Below are positions 29,670 through 39,472 of a stretch of DNA of 64,000 nucleotides, piece after piece; the stretch's first letter is position 1, and each line of letters begins with the position of its first letter. The notes under the pieces were generated by a model. It ran no database searches. It had not been told where the DNA came from and saw only the letters and a program-made list of their open reading frames with translations. This DNA is from an uncultured Pseudomonadota bacterium. GTDB taxonomy: Bacteria; Pseudomonadota; Alphaproteobacteria; UBA9219. The stretch is taken from positions 15,194 through 79,193 of the forward strand of contig CAIPYM010000008.1 of the NCBI GenBank assembly GCA_903869345.1, in the 5' to 3' direction. The position numbers and the translations under genes are program-made.

Positions 29670-30152
29670 TTAGGATTTTTCGCCCCGCAGGGTCCGGGCT
29701 TTTTCACGGTTCCATTCGCGCTCTTTGATCGTGGCGCGTTTGTCCTCTTTGCGTTTGCCCTTGGCCAAGCCAAGGCGCAGTTTCACGCGCCCCCGCGCGT
29801 TAAAGTACATCTCCAGCGGCACAAGGGTCATGCCTTCCCGCTGGAGAGACCCCATCAGCTTGGCGTGTTCACGCTTGTGCAGCAGCAAAGCACGCGGGCG
29901 GCGGGGGTCGTGTTGAAGGTGTTTGCCTGCTGCCGCATAAGGGGCAATGTGGGCGTTGATCAAGCAAAGCTGCCCGTCTTTGTCGCCCGCGAACGATTCG
30001 GCCAAGCTAGCTTGGCCTTGACGCAAGGATTTCACCTCGGTGCCCGTCAGAACCATGCCGACTTCCATCGTGTCGGTGATGAGGTAATCAAACCGTGCTC
30101 GCCGGTTGAGGGCGATGTATTTTTGGGCCTCCTTGCGGGTCGACGCTGCCAT
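29670..30152 (-). CDS. smpB: SsrA-binding protein SmpB
   Basis: 160 aa with SmpB family sequence (…IALNRRARFDYLI…GTEVKSLR…). Its start lies 3 nt after the fhs stop. Confidence 0.9.
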   Translation of the reverse strand: MAASTRKEAQKYIALNRRARFDYLITDTMEVGMVLTGTEVKSLRQGQASLAESFAGDKDGQLCLINAHIAPYAAAGKHLQHDPRRPRALLLHKREHAKLMGSLQREGMTLVPLEMYFNARGRVKLRLGLAKGKRKEDKRATIKEREWNREKARTLRGEKS

Positions 30153-30155
30153 GGT

Positions 30156-31784
30156 TTACGCCAGCCCCTCAATGGCCCCCAAGGGCCCGATCCGTACGCG
30201 GGACGCGGCGGGTTCGCGCGGAAGGCCCGGCATGGTGAAGATCGGGCCGCCCAAAGCAACGACGAATCCGGCCCCCGCCGCAAGCCTCACGTCACGAACA
30301 GGGAAGGTGTGTCCTTCGGGCGCGCCACGCCGTTCGGGGTTGGCCGAAAAGCTGTAGGGTGTTTTGGCGATGCACACGGGCAGGTGACCAAAGCCCTCGC
30401 CTTCGTACTGGGCCAGGTGACGCAAGGCCTCGGGGGTGAACGTCACATGTCCGGCACGGTAGATGCGCGTCGCGACTTCCTCAATTTTCCCGGCAAGCGG
30501 CAAGGTATCGGGGTAGAGAAGGCGGACCTCTGGCTTAGGGCCCTGCAACAGGGGCAGCAGAGCCTCGGCGAGCCCTACGGCACCCGCGCCACCTTCCGCC
30601 CAGTGACGAGCAGGGAGCGCTGTGACACCTCGTTCTTGGCAAACGGCTTGAATCGCATGAATATCCTCCGCCGTGTCGTCGGCAAAAACATTGATGGCGA
30701 CAACGACCGGCACGTTGAAATGCGCCAGGTTGCTCAGGTGCAAGAGAAGGTTGGGAACACCCGCCGCGACGGTGGCTTCGGCACTTTGCGCTTTCAACGC
30801 CTTCACGGTCGTGACCAGGACAACGGCGTCAGGAAAGATCCCGCTTGTGCGCCCCAGGATGTCGATGAACTTTTCGGCCCCCAGATCGGCTCCAAATCCA
30901 GCTTCCGTGATCGTGATGTCCGCAAGGTGCAGTGAGGTTTCAAGCGAAACCAGCGACGAGCAGCCGTGCGCAATGTTCGCGAAGGGGCCCCCATGGACGA
31001 ATGCGGGCGTCCCTTCAAGCGTCTGCACAAGATTCGGCGAAAAAGCGTCCCGAAGAAGCGCCGTCATGGCCGGAGCAGCACGGAGGGATTCGGCCAAAAT
31101 AAGCCGCCCCGTACGCGACCTTCCCACCACCATGGCCCCCAAGCGGTTTTGCAGATCCGTCAGCGAGCGGGCCAGACAAAAGACGCCCATGGTTTCAGAG
31201 GCCGCCGTGATGTCAAACCCCGCCTCGTGCAAGGGGCCGTCGCCTCCGCCAAGCCCGACGACCATGTGGCGCAACGCGCGGTCGTTGATGTCGATCGCCC
31301 GACGCCATGTGATGCGGTTGGGGTCCAGATCAAGTTCGTTGTCCCAGTACAGCTGGTTGTCCACGAGCGCGGCCAACAGGTTGTTGGCGCTGGTGATCGC
31401 GTGCAAATCGCCCGTGAAATGCAGGTTGATATCTTCGGCGGGCGTGAGGGCGGCCTTACCGCTTCCCGTCGCGCCGCCCTTGCGCCCAAAACAAGGGCCC
31501 AGCGAGGGCTCCCGCAAACACAGCGCAACCTTGTGGTTCAGACGCGCGAAGGCGTCCGCGAGGCCAATGGAGGTGGTTGTTTTCCCCTCACCCGTTTCCG
31601 TCGGGCTTGTGGCCGTCACGAGGATGAGCTTGCCCGGCTTGGTCCGCGCAATTTTCGCCACGGCCCGCAGGTCCACCTTGGCCTTGAGGGGACCGTAGCG
31701 GTAGAGCGCCGTCGGAGGAAGGCCCAACTTGGCCCCAACGGTCTCAATCGGCCCCGCATGGCGCGAAGCCAGGTCATCGGTCAT
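30156..31784 (-). CDS. fhs: Formate--tetrahydrofolate ligase
   Basis: FTHFS family throughout (…PTETGEGKTTTSIGLADA…). Start chosen at ATG 31782-31784 (MTDDLASRH), which has a GAGGA RBS. The ORF's first ATG at 31850 lacks an RBS. Confidence 0.85.
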   Translation of the reverse strand: MTDDLASRHAGPIETVGAKLGLPPTALYRYGPLKAKVDLRAVAKIARTKPGKLILVTATSPTETGEGKTTTSIGLADAFARLNHKVALCLREPSLGPCFGRKGGATGSGKAALTPAEDINLHFTGDLHAITSANNLLAALVDNQLYWDNELDLDPNRITWRRAIDINDRALRHMVVGLGGGDGPLHEAGFDITAASETMGVFCLARSLTDLQNRLGAMVVGRSRTGRLILAESLRAAPAMTALLRDAFSPNLVQTLEGTPAFVHGGPFANIAHGCSSLVSLETSLHLADITITEAGFGADLGAEKFIDILGRTSGIFPDAVVLVTTVKALKAQSAEATVAAGVPNLLLHLSNLAHFNVPVVVAINVFADDTAEDIHAIQAVCQERGVTALPARHWAEGGAGAVGLAEALLPLLQGPKPEVRLLYPDTLPLAGKIEEVATRIYRAGHVTFTPEALRHLAQYEGEGFGHLPVCIAKTPYSFSANPERRGAPEGHTFPVRDVRLAAGAGFVVALGGPIFTMPGLPREPAASRVRIGPLGAIEGLA

Positions 31785-31859
31785 CAGAAGGTCCTCGGAT
31801 TCCGGCGGCAGGGGAGTCGAAGGCGGTACAGAAGGCGTGGAATCATCCATGGGGCACGT

Positions 31860-32084
31860 TCATGCGGACGAGGAAGGGGCCGCGCGGCGTAAAAAGTCGC
31901 GCTGAAGCGCATCAAAGACGCGCTCCTTGAGGGAGCTGTAAGCCGGATCACGCTCCAACGCAACGGTGCGCGGACGCTTGAAAGACACCGTGACGTCCTC
32001 CGTGATCCGTGAGGAGTTTTCCGTCCACACACGAACACAGTCCGCCAGCAGCAGCGCTTCGTCGACACGGTGGGGGACTATCAC
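31860..32084 (-). pseudogene. Remnant of an SsuB/TauB-type ABC transporter ATPase (C-terminal fragment only)
   Basis: 74-aa ORF …VPHRVDEALLLADCVRVWTENSSRITEDVTVSFKRPRTVALERDPAYSSLKERVFDAL. This resembles the C-terminal region of sulfonate/nitrate ABC ATPases (…HDIDEA…LADR…PRPR…). There is no Walker A/B part and no cognate permease nearby. Confidence 0.45.
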
Positions 32085-32173
32085 GGTCGTGGGGGCTTGG
32101 GGTCCCGTGAGGATTTACCTTGTGGTTAAGATTTTGACAGGTGGTCAGGGGACAGCAATCCACCCCTAATCCG

Positions 32174-32770
32174 TCACCGTCTTTTTTTGTGCGAGAAGAC
32201 GCACCCGCAAAACGTCTGGCGGTAAAAGCCCTCGCGTAGGGCCACACGGCGGCTGAGCTCCTCCCCACCCTGTTTGCGCCAGTCCCGCGCCCAGAATCGA
32301 AGTCCTGGAAAGGACGCCACGGCCTCGCGCCCGCAAGCGTTCACCAGCTCCCGTTTCTTGCGCCGCGAGACGCCCAGGCTGGTGGCCAGCGCATCACAGC
32401 CCTCCCCCACCGCCACGCGTGCGGATTCCCGGAGGCGCAGAGCCATGCAGAGGCGGCAGCGTTCCCCGCCCTCCGGCGCGTCCTCGTGCCCGCGAACCGC
32501 CGCAAACCAGGTGGCCGGATCGTAGGGCACCTCCACAAGCGGCACCCCGCGCGAGGCCGCAAAACGCACAACCTCCGCGCGGCGGCGATCGTATTCCTCG
32601 CGGGGATGAATGTTCGGGTTGATGAACGCCAGGGTCAGGCGCACGCCTTCCTCCAGCGCCCGCTCAATCATGCCCCCCGAGCACGGCGCGCAACAGACAT
32701 GCACGAGCACACGCCGCGTGCCTTCGGGCAACACGGTCTCGTCAGCGGCGTAGTGTCGTCCTCGGCTCAT
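32174..32770 (-). CDS. queH: Epoxyqueuosine reductase QueH (DUF208)
   Basis: VHVCCAPCS and CRLC motifs typical of QueH. Confidence 0.8.
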   Translation of the reverse strand: MSRGRHYAADETVLPEGTRRVLVHVCCAPCSGGMIERALEEGVRLTLAFINPNIHPREEYDRRRAEVVRFAASRGVPLVEVPYDPATWFAAVRGHEDAPEGGERCRLCMALRLRESARVAVGEGCDALATSLGVSRRKKRELVNACGREAVASFPGLRFWARDWRKQGGEELSRRVALREGFYRQTFCGCVFSHKKRR

Positions 32771-32893
32771 GGGTGTTGCCTCGGGTTCCCTCGTGCTTTT
32801 TCAAACATCCCGTCGTAGGGTGTTGTAAGCCGCTGCCCACGATCAACCAAGACGTCGCACACGTTCGTTTTCTCGCATCCATCCGAGGTTACG

Positions 32894-33763
32894 ATGAAAT
32901 CCACGGCCCTTCTCAGCGTCGTTGTTCTGTCCTCGTTGTTGGCCGGGGTGGTGGGCTTTTCCTTGCGAACTCCCTCAACACCTCCGACAAGCGGAACCTC
33001 GTCACGATTCGAGCAGATTCTTCGGTCCAACACGATCCGTGTCGGGTATGTCAATGTTCCTGCAAGCTTTAATGTGGACCCCAACACCAAGGAAAAATCC
33101 GGTGTTTTCTTTGACGTGCTTGAGACCATTGCCAAAAACACAGGGTTCAAAATCGATTATGTCGAGGAGGTCAATTGGGGCTCGATGATCGCCGGCCTGC
33201 AGACGGGGCGGTACGATATGGTGGCCTCGCCTGCGTGGGCGAGCGCCAACCGTGCGCGACAAGCCCTCTTCTCAAACCCCGTTTATTTCAGCGCCATTGG
33301 CGTGTGGGTCCGCGCCGATGAAACGCGATTCTCGGCAGAGCCCTCCTGGAGCAGCTTGAACAACCCCGACGTTCGAATCGGAGCGCTTGATAACTCCACG
33401 GGGGTTCGCATTGCACAAAGCCAGCTCCCCCAGGCGAATCTCGTGACGTACCCCGTCTTTTCGAGCGAAAGTGAAATTTTCTTGGATCTGACCCATCACA
33501 AAATTGATGTCTTTTTTGAAGAACCGGCCAAGGGCCTCTTGTTCGCACACGGTCATCCCGGCACGATCAAGGATATTGCCAAGGACAAACCCATCCGAGT
33601 CTTTCCTGATGTGTTTCTTCTGCCCGAGGGAGAGACCCGCCTGAAACAGGTGATTGATGCCGCACTTGAAGAGCTGCACAACAGCGGATTCATTGAGCAG
33701 GTGCTCAAGAAATACGAACCCCTTCCGGGGGCCTACCGCCGAGTCGCGTCACCCTACCAGTAA
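32894..33763 (+). CDS. ABC transporter substrate-binding protein (family 3), paralogue of 16641..17555
   Basis: Signal peptide. SBP_bac_3 sequence with blocks shared with the other SBP. Confidence 0.7.
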   Translation: MKSTALLSVVVLSSLLAGVVGFSLRTPSTPPTSGTSSRFEQILRSNTIRVGYVNVPASFNVDPNTKEKSGVFFDVLETIAKNTGFKIDYVEEVNWGSMIAGLQTGRYDMVASPAWASANRARQALFSNPVYFSAIGVWVRADETRFSAEPSWSSLNNPDVRIGALDNSTGVRIAQSQLPQANLVTYPVFSSESEIFLDLTHHKIDVFFEEPAKGLLFAHGHPGTIKDIAKDKPIRVFPDVFLLPEGETRLKQVIDAALEELHNSGFIEQVLKKYEPLPGAYRRVASPYQ

Positions 33764-33778
33764 GCACCACGTGCGCGT

Positions 33779-35305
33779 TTAGGCCTCGTCTCCGGCCAAC
33801 GCATCCAGCAACCGCACGCCGAAGGCTGTGGCTCCCTTGGTGCAGGTCGGACGATCCTTAGACGTCCAGGCCGTGCCCGCGATATCCAGATGCGCCCAAG
33901 GTTGGGATTCGTGCACGAACCGTCCCAGGAATTGCGCCGCCGAGATGCTCCCCGCCGCGCCTTTGTCCGAGGACATGTTCTGCACGTCGGCAATCGGCGA
34001 ATCGAGCGCCTTGTCGTAGGCCTTGCCCATCGGCAAACGCCAAAGATTCTCACCCGTTCGCACCCCGGCGTGGGTCAAACGTTCAGCCAGCACGTCATCG
34101 TTCGCAAAAAGGCCCGCGTATTCGTGCCCAAGCGCCACGGTGATCGCGCCCGTGAGCGTCGCCAGGTCCACGATGTGCCGAGGCTTGAAACGCTCTTGCG
34201 CATACGTCAGAAGGTCCGCGAGCACGAGCCGCCCCTCGGCGTCCGTGTTGAGCACTTCGATGGTTTTCCCCGAAAGGCTTTTGACAACGTCTCCCGGCCT
34301 TTGCGCGGATCCGCTCGGCATGTTCTCCACAAGGCCAATCAGCCCCACGACAGGGGCCTTCGCTTTGCGCCCCGCAAGCGCCCGCATCGCCCCGATGACA
34401 GCAGCGGCCCCGGCCATGTCGTACTTCATCGCGTCCATGCCCGCCGGAGGCTTCAGCGAGATACCGCCCGTGTCGAACGTCACGCCCTTGCCCACCAGCG
34501 CCAGGGGGCGGGTGAGCTTGCCGGAACGCGCCTTGCCGGGCCACGTCAGCACCACAACGCGCGGGGCGTGCATGCTCCCCTGCGCGACGCCGAGCAGCGC
34601 CCCCATGCCAAGCTTGCGCAAGGCTTTCTCGTCCAAGACCTCCACCCCAACGCCGTGTTTTGTGAGCTCTAAACACCGGTCGGCCAGCGCCGCCGGGAAC
34701 AAGACGTTCGGGGGTTCGGTCACAAGCCCCCGCGCAAAGGCTACACCTTCCGCCACATGCGCGAGCGGCGCGTAACGCGCCTGCGCCTCAGCAGGATCGG
34801 CGCACATCACCGCCAACGTTTTCAGGGTGCCCACCGATTCTGGCTTTGCTTGCGTGCGGTACACATCAAACCGCCACGAACGCAGAGCCGCGCCCAGCGC
34901 TCCATGAGCCGCCGCGTCGGATTCGCTGAGCGCAAGCCCTTCAAACAAATCCGGAAGCCAAGTCGCTTCGACCTCCTTGCCGCCTTTCAGCGCCGCAAGC
35001 CCCTCCCCCGCCGCGCTCTCCAACGTCAAGGCCGTCGCCTCGGTCGGCTTGCCGATCCCCGTCAAGACAAGGCGCGACAAGGTTCGTGCGCCCGATCCCG
35101 GCGCGACCAACACAAGTGTACTCTCCGCCTTGCCCGAAAACGCCGAGCCTTTCAGCGCCCGCCGCACAGCTCCGCCGAGGGCCTTGTCCAGCGCAACCCC
35201 GCGCGGACCCAAAACCCCGCCCTCGGCCACCGTCAAAAGGACGGCCCCGCGAGCGGGCAAACCATCGTCGGCTTTTTGAAACGTGACACGCAGCATAGTC
35301 GGCAT
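33779..35305 (-). CDS. pepA: Leucyl aminopeptidase (M17, PepA)
   Basis: M17 catalytic motifs (VGKGVTFDTGGISLKP, NTDAEGRLVLAD). Confidence 0.9.
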   Translation of the reverse strand: MPTMLRVTFQKADDGLPARGAVLLTVAEGGVLGPRGVALDKALGGAVRRALKGSAFSGKAESTLVLVAPGSGARTLSRLVLTGIGKPTEATALTLESAAGEGLAALKGGKEVEATWLPDLFEGLALSESDAAAHGALGAALRSWRFDVYRTQAKPESVGTLKTLAVMCADPAEAQARYAPLAHVAEGVAFARGLVTEPPNVLFPAALADRCLELTKHGVGVEVLDEKALRKLGMGALLGVAQGSMHAPRVVVLTWPGKARSGKLTRPLALVGKGVTFDTGGISLKPPAGMDAMKYDMAGAAAVIGAMRALAGRKAKAPVVGLIGLVENMPSGSAQRPGDVVKSLSGKTIEVLNTDAEGRLVLADLLTYAQERFKPRHIVDLATLTGAITVALGHEYAGLFANDDVLAERLTHAGVRTGENLWRLPMGKAYDKALDSPIADVQNMSSDKGAAGSISAAQFLGRFVHESQPWAHLDIAGTAWTSKDRPTCTKGATAFGVRLLDALAGDEA

Positions 35306-35380
35306 CCTTAAAAGGTTAGAAAAGAGCGCGTGGGGCCCCGTTCTTTCTACCGCCCCTTCCGCCCACCCCGCAAAGGGCCC

Positions 35381-36178
35381 TCAGAAGCCCTTGGGACGCC
35401 CGCGAGATTCACGTCCTCGCAGCACAGGCGTCACGACGCGCGCGACTTCTCCGTTGCACACGTAACTGACCCGTTGATATTCCGCCAGAGTATCGATGGC
35501 CCCGTGCCGCCGGGATCGATCCACCTCCATGCGGCGAAGAACGTCATCCGCCGCCGCGTCCATCACGCGCTTGGCCGCAACTTGCGCGGTTTCGCGCGAG
35601 CCCGCGCGGAATCTCCCTTGGGCGATCAGAGCGCTCCGAACCGCTTGGAAAAGCACGGGCCTGTAAGCGTCCACAAGCTCGCGGTCGGCCTGAACGTGCC
35701 GATGTTCATGCGCCAAAATCTCGCCGTACGCGCACGACCCCTGCGGAAATTCACGGCCCACGTAAACCGTCGTGTTCTCCAACCCCAGAGTCATCGTCGC
35801 GCGCGCTACCTGCCCGCACAGCAAGGGGTCCCCCGGAAACGCCGTCATCTTGATTTCCATGGACGACTGAAACTGCAGCCGCGAGGTGGTCAGACCGACC
35901 GGCAATTGCCGCGCCCCCGCCGCAAGCCCCCCGTTCCGTCCCACGGCCAGAGCCTCAATGCTCAAAACGTCCCGTGTCAGGTCATACCGTAACGGTTTGT
36001 TTACGATATTCAGGTCAATCACGGGCTCCTGGTACGGAGGGCACGACAAGGCCGACCCGCCGTAGGCCCGCGCCTCTTCGCTTCTGCCTCCGAGAAGCCC
36101 AACAAGGACAATCGCCCCGACGACCCGCGTTAACAGCCCCCTCACGGCCCGGATGAAAGAGAGTTTTGACTTTGCCAC
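35381..36178 (-). CDS. Secreted hypothetical protein with HEXXH motif (possible zinc metallopeptidase-like, DUF922-like)
   Basis: N-terminal signal/TM (VVGAIVLVGLLG) and an AHEHRH (HExxH) motif. No further family-level match can be asserted. Confidence 0.4.
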   Translation of the reverse strand: MAKSKLSFIRAVRGLLTRVVGAIVLVGLLGGRSEEARAYGGSALSCPPYQEPVIDLNIVNKPLRYDLTRDVLSIEALAVGRNGGLAAGARQLPVGLTTSRLQFQSSMEIKMTAFPGDPLLCGQVARATMTLGLENTTVYVGREFPQGSCAYGEILAHEHRHVQADRELVDAYRPVLFQAVRSALIAQGRFRAGSRETAQVAAKRVMDAAADDVLRRMEVDRSRRHGAIDTLAEYQRVSYVCNGEVARVVTPVLRGRESRGRPKGF

Positions 36179-36271
36179 GCGAAATCCTTATATCCCGTCC
36201 TCGCACGTTGTCGCCCCGCCCGAGGAATCAGGGGCGGGGAGCATCGTGGCAAACTTTGAAGGATATGTCGC

Positions 36272-36406
36272 GTGAAAAGAACTTACCAACCGAGCAAGCT
36301 CGTCCGCAAGCGTCGCCACGGCTTTCGTGCACGCATGGCAACCCGTGGAGGTCGCCAAGTGATCGCCCGCCGCCGCTCCCAGGGCCGTAAGCGCCTGTCG
36401 GCTTAA
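36272..36406 (+). CDS. rpmH: 50S ribosomal protein L34
   Basis: Below the ORF-track size cutoff. Manual translation from GTG 36272 gives [44 protein letters not shown] (44 aa), a canonical L34. Confidence 0.9.
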   Translation: MKRTYQPSKLVRKRRHGFRARMATRGGRQVIARRRSQGRKRLSA

Positions 36407-36435
36407 TCAGGCTCCCTCCGTGGCCCCTGAAAGCC

Positions 36436-36849
36436 GTGGTCCCTGAAAACGCGCCCCGGCGCCCTCCCCTTCGCCCTGTTACGCTCAAACGGCGCGTTGC
36501 GTTCCTGAAAGCGGCATCGGCAGGCCGAAAGGCCGCCGCGCCAAATCTTGTGCTTCAGGCCCTCCCGTTGCTCGCCGATCAACAGCCCCCCGGCGTTTTG
36601 CTCTACGGACTCACAGCCAGCCGCAAGGTGGGCAACGCCGTCAAGCGCAACCGCGCACGCAGGCGTCTGCGAGCGCTTGTCCGTGAGGTCTTGGTCGTCC
36701 ACGCCTCACCCACCTGTGCCTACGTCCTGATCGCCCGCCCGACGACCGGCACTTGCCCCTTCGATTCCCTCCGCCAGGACCTTCTCAGTACCTTGCGACG
36801 GGTGAAAACCGGAGAGTCTCCGTCGATTCCGCTTCAAAATCGCCCGTGA
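36436..36849 (+). CDS. rnpA: Ribonuclease P protein component RnpA
   Basis: Follows rpmH. Basic RnpA-like sequence (…LKRRVAFLKAA…GKAVKRNRARRRLRA…). GTG start; the exact start is uncertain. Confidence 0.75.
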   Translation: MVPENAPRRPPLRPVTLKRRVAFLKAASAGRKAAAPNLVLQALPLLADQQPPGVLLYGLTASRKVGNAVKRNRARRRLRALVREVLVVHASPTCAYVLIARPTTGTCPFDSLRQDLLSTLRRVKTGESPSIPLQNRP

Positions 36850-36964
36850 TGATTTTTCCTTTCAGGTCCAACCTATCCAAGAGCCACGACACAAACGCGC
36901 CGTTGACGCTGCTGGCCCGGCTTTGTTAGCCTGCCCTGACGTGTGAAAATGCGCAGCGAGGCCA

Positions 36965-38746
36965 ATGACCATGAGCGCTCCCTCCCTTATTTCCGGGGCC
37001 GAGATTATCCTCCGCGCTCTCCGTGATCAGGGCGTCCGTCATTTGTTCGGCTATCCCGGCGGAGCCATTCTGCCGATTTACGACGCGCTGCACGGACAAA
37101 AAGACATCCTGCATATTCTTGTGCGGCACGAACAGGGCGCCGTTCACGCCGCCGAAGGTTATGCACGATCCACGGGACAGGTGGGCGCGGTGCTTGTGAC
37201 CTCTGGCCCCGGAGCCACCAACGCCGTCACGGGACTCGCGGACGCGCTGATGGATTCCATCCCGCTGGTCTGTTTGACGGGCCAGGTCCCAACGCACCTT
37301 ATTGGGAACGATGCCTTTCAGGAATGCGATACGGTCGGCATCACGCGCCCCTGCACGAAACACAACTACCTTGTGAAGGACGTGAACGACCTCGCGCGGA
37401 CGCTGCACGAAGCCTTTGAGGTCGCGCGGAGCGGACGCCCCGGCCCGGTCGTGGTGGACCTCCCCAAAGACGTGCAGCTCGCCCTCGGGCCCTATGTGCC
37501 GCCGCCCCCGCAGGGACACCCGACGTACCGCCCGCGCCTGGATCCCGACGACGAGGCTGTCGAAAAAGCCGTGGACGTGTTGGCGAAAGCCGAAAGGCCC
37601 ATCTTCTACACAGGCGGCGGGATCATCAACGCGGGCCCCCGAGCGTCGGAGCTTCTCACCGAATTTGTGCGCCTGACGGGGGCGCCCTGCACAAGCACGC
37701 TCATGGGGCTTGGGGGCTACCCGACCACGGACCGCCAATTCCTCGGCATGCTGGGGATGCACGGCACGTACGAGGCCAACCTTGCGATGCACGGGTGCGA
37801 CGTTATGCTGGCGCTGGGCACGCGGTTTGATGACCGCGTGACGGGTAAAATCAGCGCGTTCGCACCGGGCTCGTTCAAGATTCACGCCGACATTGATCCC
37901 AGTTCGATCAACAAGACCGTCCACATCGACCTGCCCATCATCGGCGACGTGGGCCGGACGCTGGAGAAAATGCTCGCGATCTGGCGGGCCAAGGGGTACG
38001 CCCTGCGTCCGGAGCCGTTGGAAGCGTGGTGGAAACAGATTGAGACGTGGCGCACCCGCGATTGCCTGCGGTACGCGCCCTCCTCCACGGTGATCAAACC
38101 GCAGTACGCCCTGGAGCGTCTCCGCGCTCACCTGGACGACAAAGACGTCTTCATCACGACCGAAGTGGGCCAACATCAGATGTGGGCCGCTCAGTTTCTG
38201 CCTTTCACAAAACCGAATCGCTGGATGACGTCGGGCGGACTCGGCACCATGGGGTACGGACTGCCCGCCGCCGTCGGGGTTCAGGTCGCACATCCGGAAT
38301 CGGTGGTGATTGACGTCGCGGGCGAAGCGTCGGTGCTGATGACCATCCAAGAGTTTTCAACCGCCGTGCAGTACCACCTGCCGATCAAGGTTTTTATCAT
38401 CAACAACGCTTGGATGGGCATGGTGCGCCAGTGGCAAGAGCTTGTTCACGGCGGACGGTATGAACAAAGCGCCCTCACCCCGCTACCCGATTTTATCAAA
38501 CTGGCCGAGGCGTTTGGCGGCGTCGGTTTCCGCGCACAAAAACCCGATGAGCTGGACGGCGTGATCCACGACATGCTGGCCGTTCAGGACAAGCCATGCC
38601 TCGTGGACGTTCAGGTGGACCCATGGGAAAACTGCTTTCCGATGATCCCTGGCGGCAAAGCCCATAACGAGATGATTTTCGCGCCCGAATGCTCGATCGA
38701 CAAAGATTCATCCAAGCAATCCGAAGAAGGCATGGTGCTGGTATGA
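36965..38746 (+). CDS. ilvI: Acetolactate synthase large subunit
   Basis: ThDP enzyme motifs (GYPGGAILPIYDAL, …GDG…). Start ATG 36965. Confidence 0.9.
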   Translation: MTMSAPSLISGAEIILRALRDQGVRHLFGYPGGAILPIYDALHGQKDILHILVRHEQGAVHAAEGYARSTGQVGAVLVTSGPGATNAVTGLADALMDSIPLVCLTGQVPTHLIGNDAFQECDTVGITRPCTKHNYLVKDVNDLARTLHEAFEVARSGRPGPVVVDLPKDVQLALGPYVPPPPQGHPTYRPRLDPDDEAVEKAVDVLAKAERPIFYTGGGIINAGPRASELLTEFVRLTGAPCTSTLMGLGGYPTTDRQFLGMLGMHGTYEANLAMHGCDVMLALGTRFDDRVTGKISAFAPGSFKIHADIDPSSINKTVHIDLPIIGDVGRTLEKMLAIWRAKGYALRPEPLEAWWKQIETWRTRDCLRYAPSSTVIKPQYALERLRAHLDDKDVFITTEVGQHQMWAAQFLPFTKPNRWMTSGGLGTMGYGLPAAVGVQVAHPESVVIDVAGEASVLMTIQEFSTAVQYHLPIKVFIINNAWMGMVRQWQELVHGGRYEQSALTPLPDFIKLAEAFGGVGFRAQKPDELDGVIHDMLAVQDKPCLVDVQVDPWENCFPMIPGGKAHNEMIFAPECSIDKDSSKQSEEGMVLV

Positions 38747-39267
38747 CGACGACTTCTCCTGCGGCCACGCGCCATTGCCTCGCGATTCTGGTGACGAACG
38801 AACCCGGTGCGCTTGCCCGAGTCATTGGCCTGTTTTCGGGACGGGGGTACAACATCGAAAGCCTCGCCGTCGCCGAGGTGGACTCGGTTCGTCACCTTTC
38901 ACGCATCAGCATCGTCACGACGGGAACCGAGGACATCGTGATGCAGATCAAGGCGCAACTCCGTCGCCTCGTACCCGTCCACCGCGTCTTGGACCTGACA
39001 ACAGGGAACGGCTCGGTGATCGAACGGGACCTGGTGTTAACCAAAGTCCAGGCCGAGGACGACGCGGCGCGGACTCAAGCGCTGGCAGTCGCGAAGGCGC
39101 ATGGAGCGATCCCCGTGGGCTCTCAGGCAAGGCCCCTCGTGTTCATGCTGGCCGCCGCGCCCGCTGCGGTGGATCTTTTCCTCGCGGCCCTCAAGCCCCT
39201 CGGCCTCACCGAAGTCTCCCGCAGCGGCACCCTCGGCCTCAGCAGCAGCCGCGAGACGATTGCGTAA
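38743..39267 (+). CDS. ilvH: Acetolactate synthase small (regulatory) subunit
   Basis: ACT domain protein (HCLAILVTNEPGALARVIGLFSGRGYNIESL). Its ATG 38743 overlaps the ilvI stop (ATGA). Confidence 0.85.
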   Translation: MTTTSPAATRHCLAILVTNEPGALARVIGLFSGRGYNIESLAVAEVDSVRHLSRISIVTTGTEDIVMQIKAQLRRLVPVHRVLDLTTGNGSVIERDLVLTKVQAEDDAARTQALAVAKAHGAIPVGSQARPLVFMLAAAPAAVDLFLAALKPLGLTEVSRSGTLGLSSSRETIA

Positions 39268-39472
39268 CGCGCCCCTCGCGCGGTTGAGACGTTGCGAATC
39301 CCCCCTGGAAACGTTTTGGAACTCAAATCTGTCGGAAGGAAGACTCCTTTACGAAAAAAGGCGACTTTGGACGCGTGTGCGCTATAGTGAACGTGGGTTT
39401 TCGGAAACCCGCAAAAGGGGCTTCGGTTAGAAAAGCCCCTGGGAACAAACCGTTGAGAAAGGAGGTTCAAGC

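Noticed and set aside
31785-32000. ZTP/THF-type riboswitch upstream of fhs
   Set aside because: No pfl/ZTP or THF conserved cores were seen. The region is occupied by the ssuB-like remnant.
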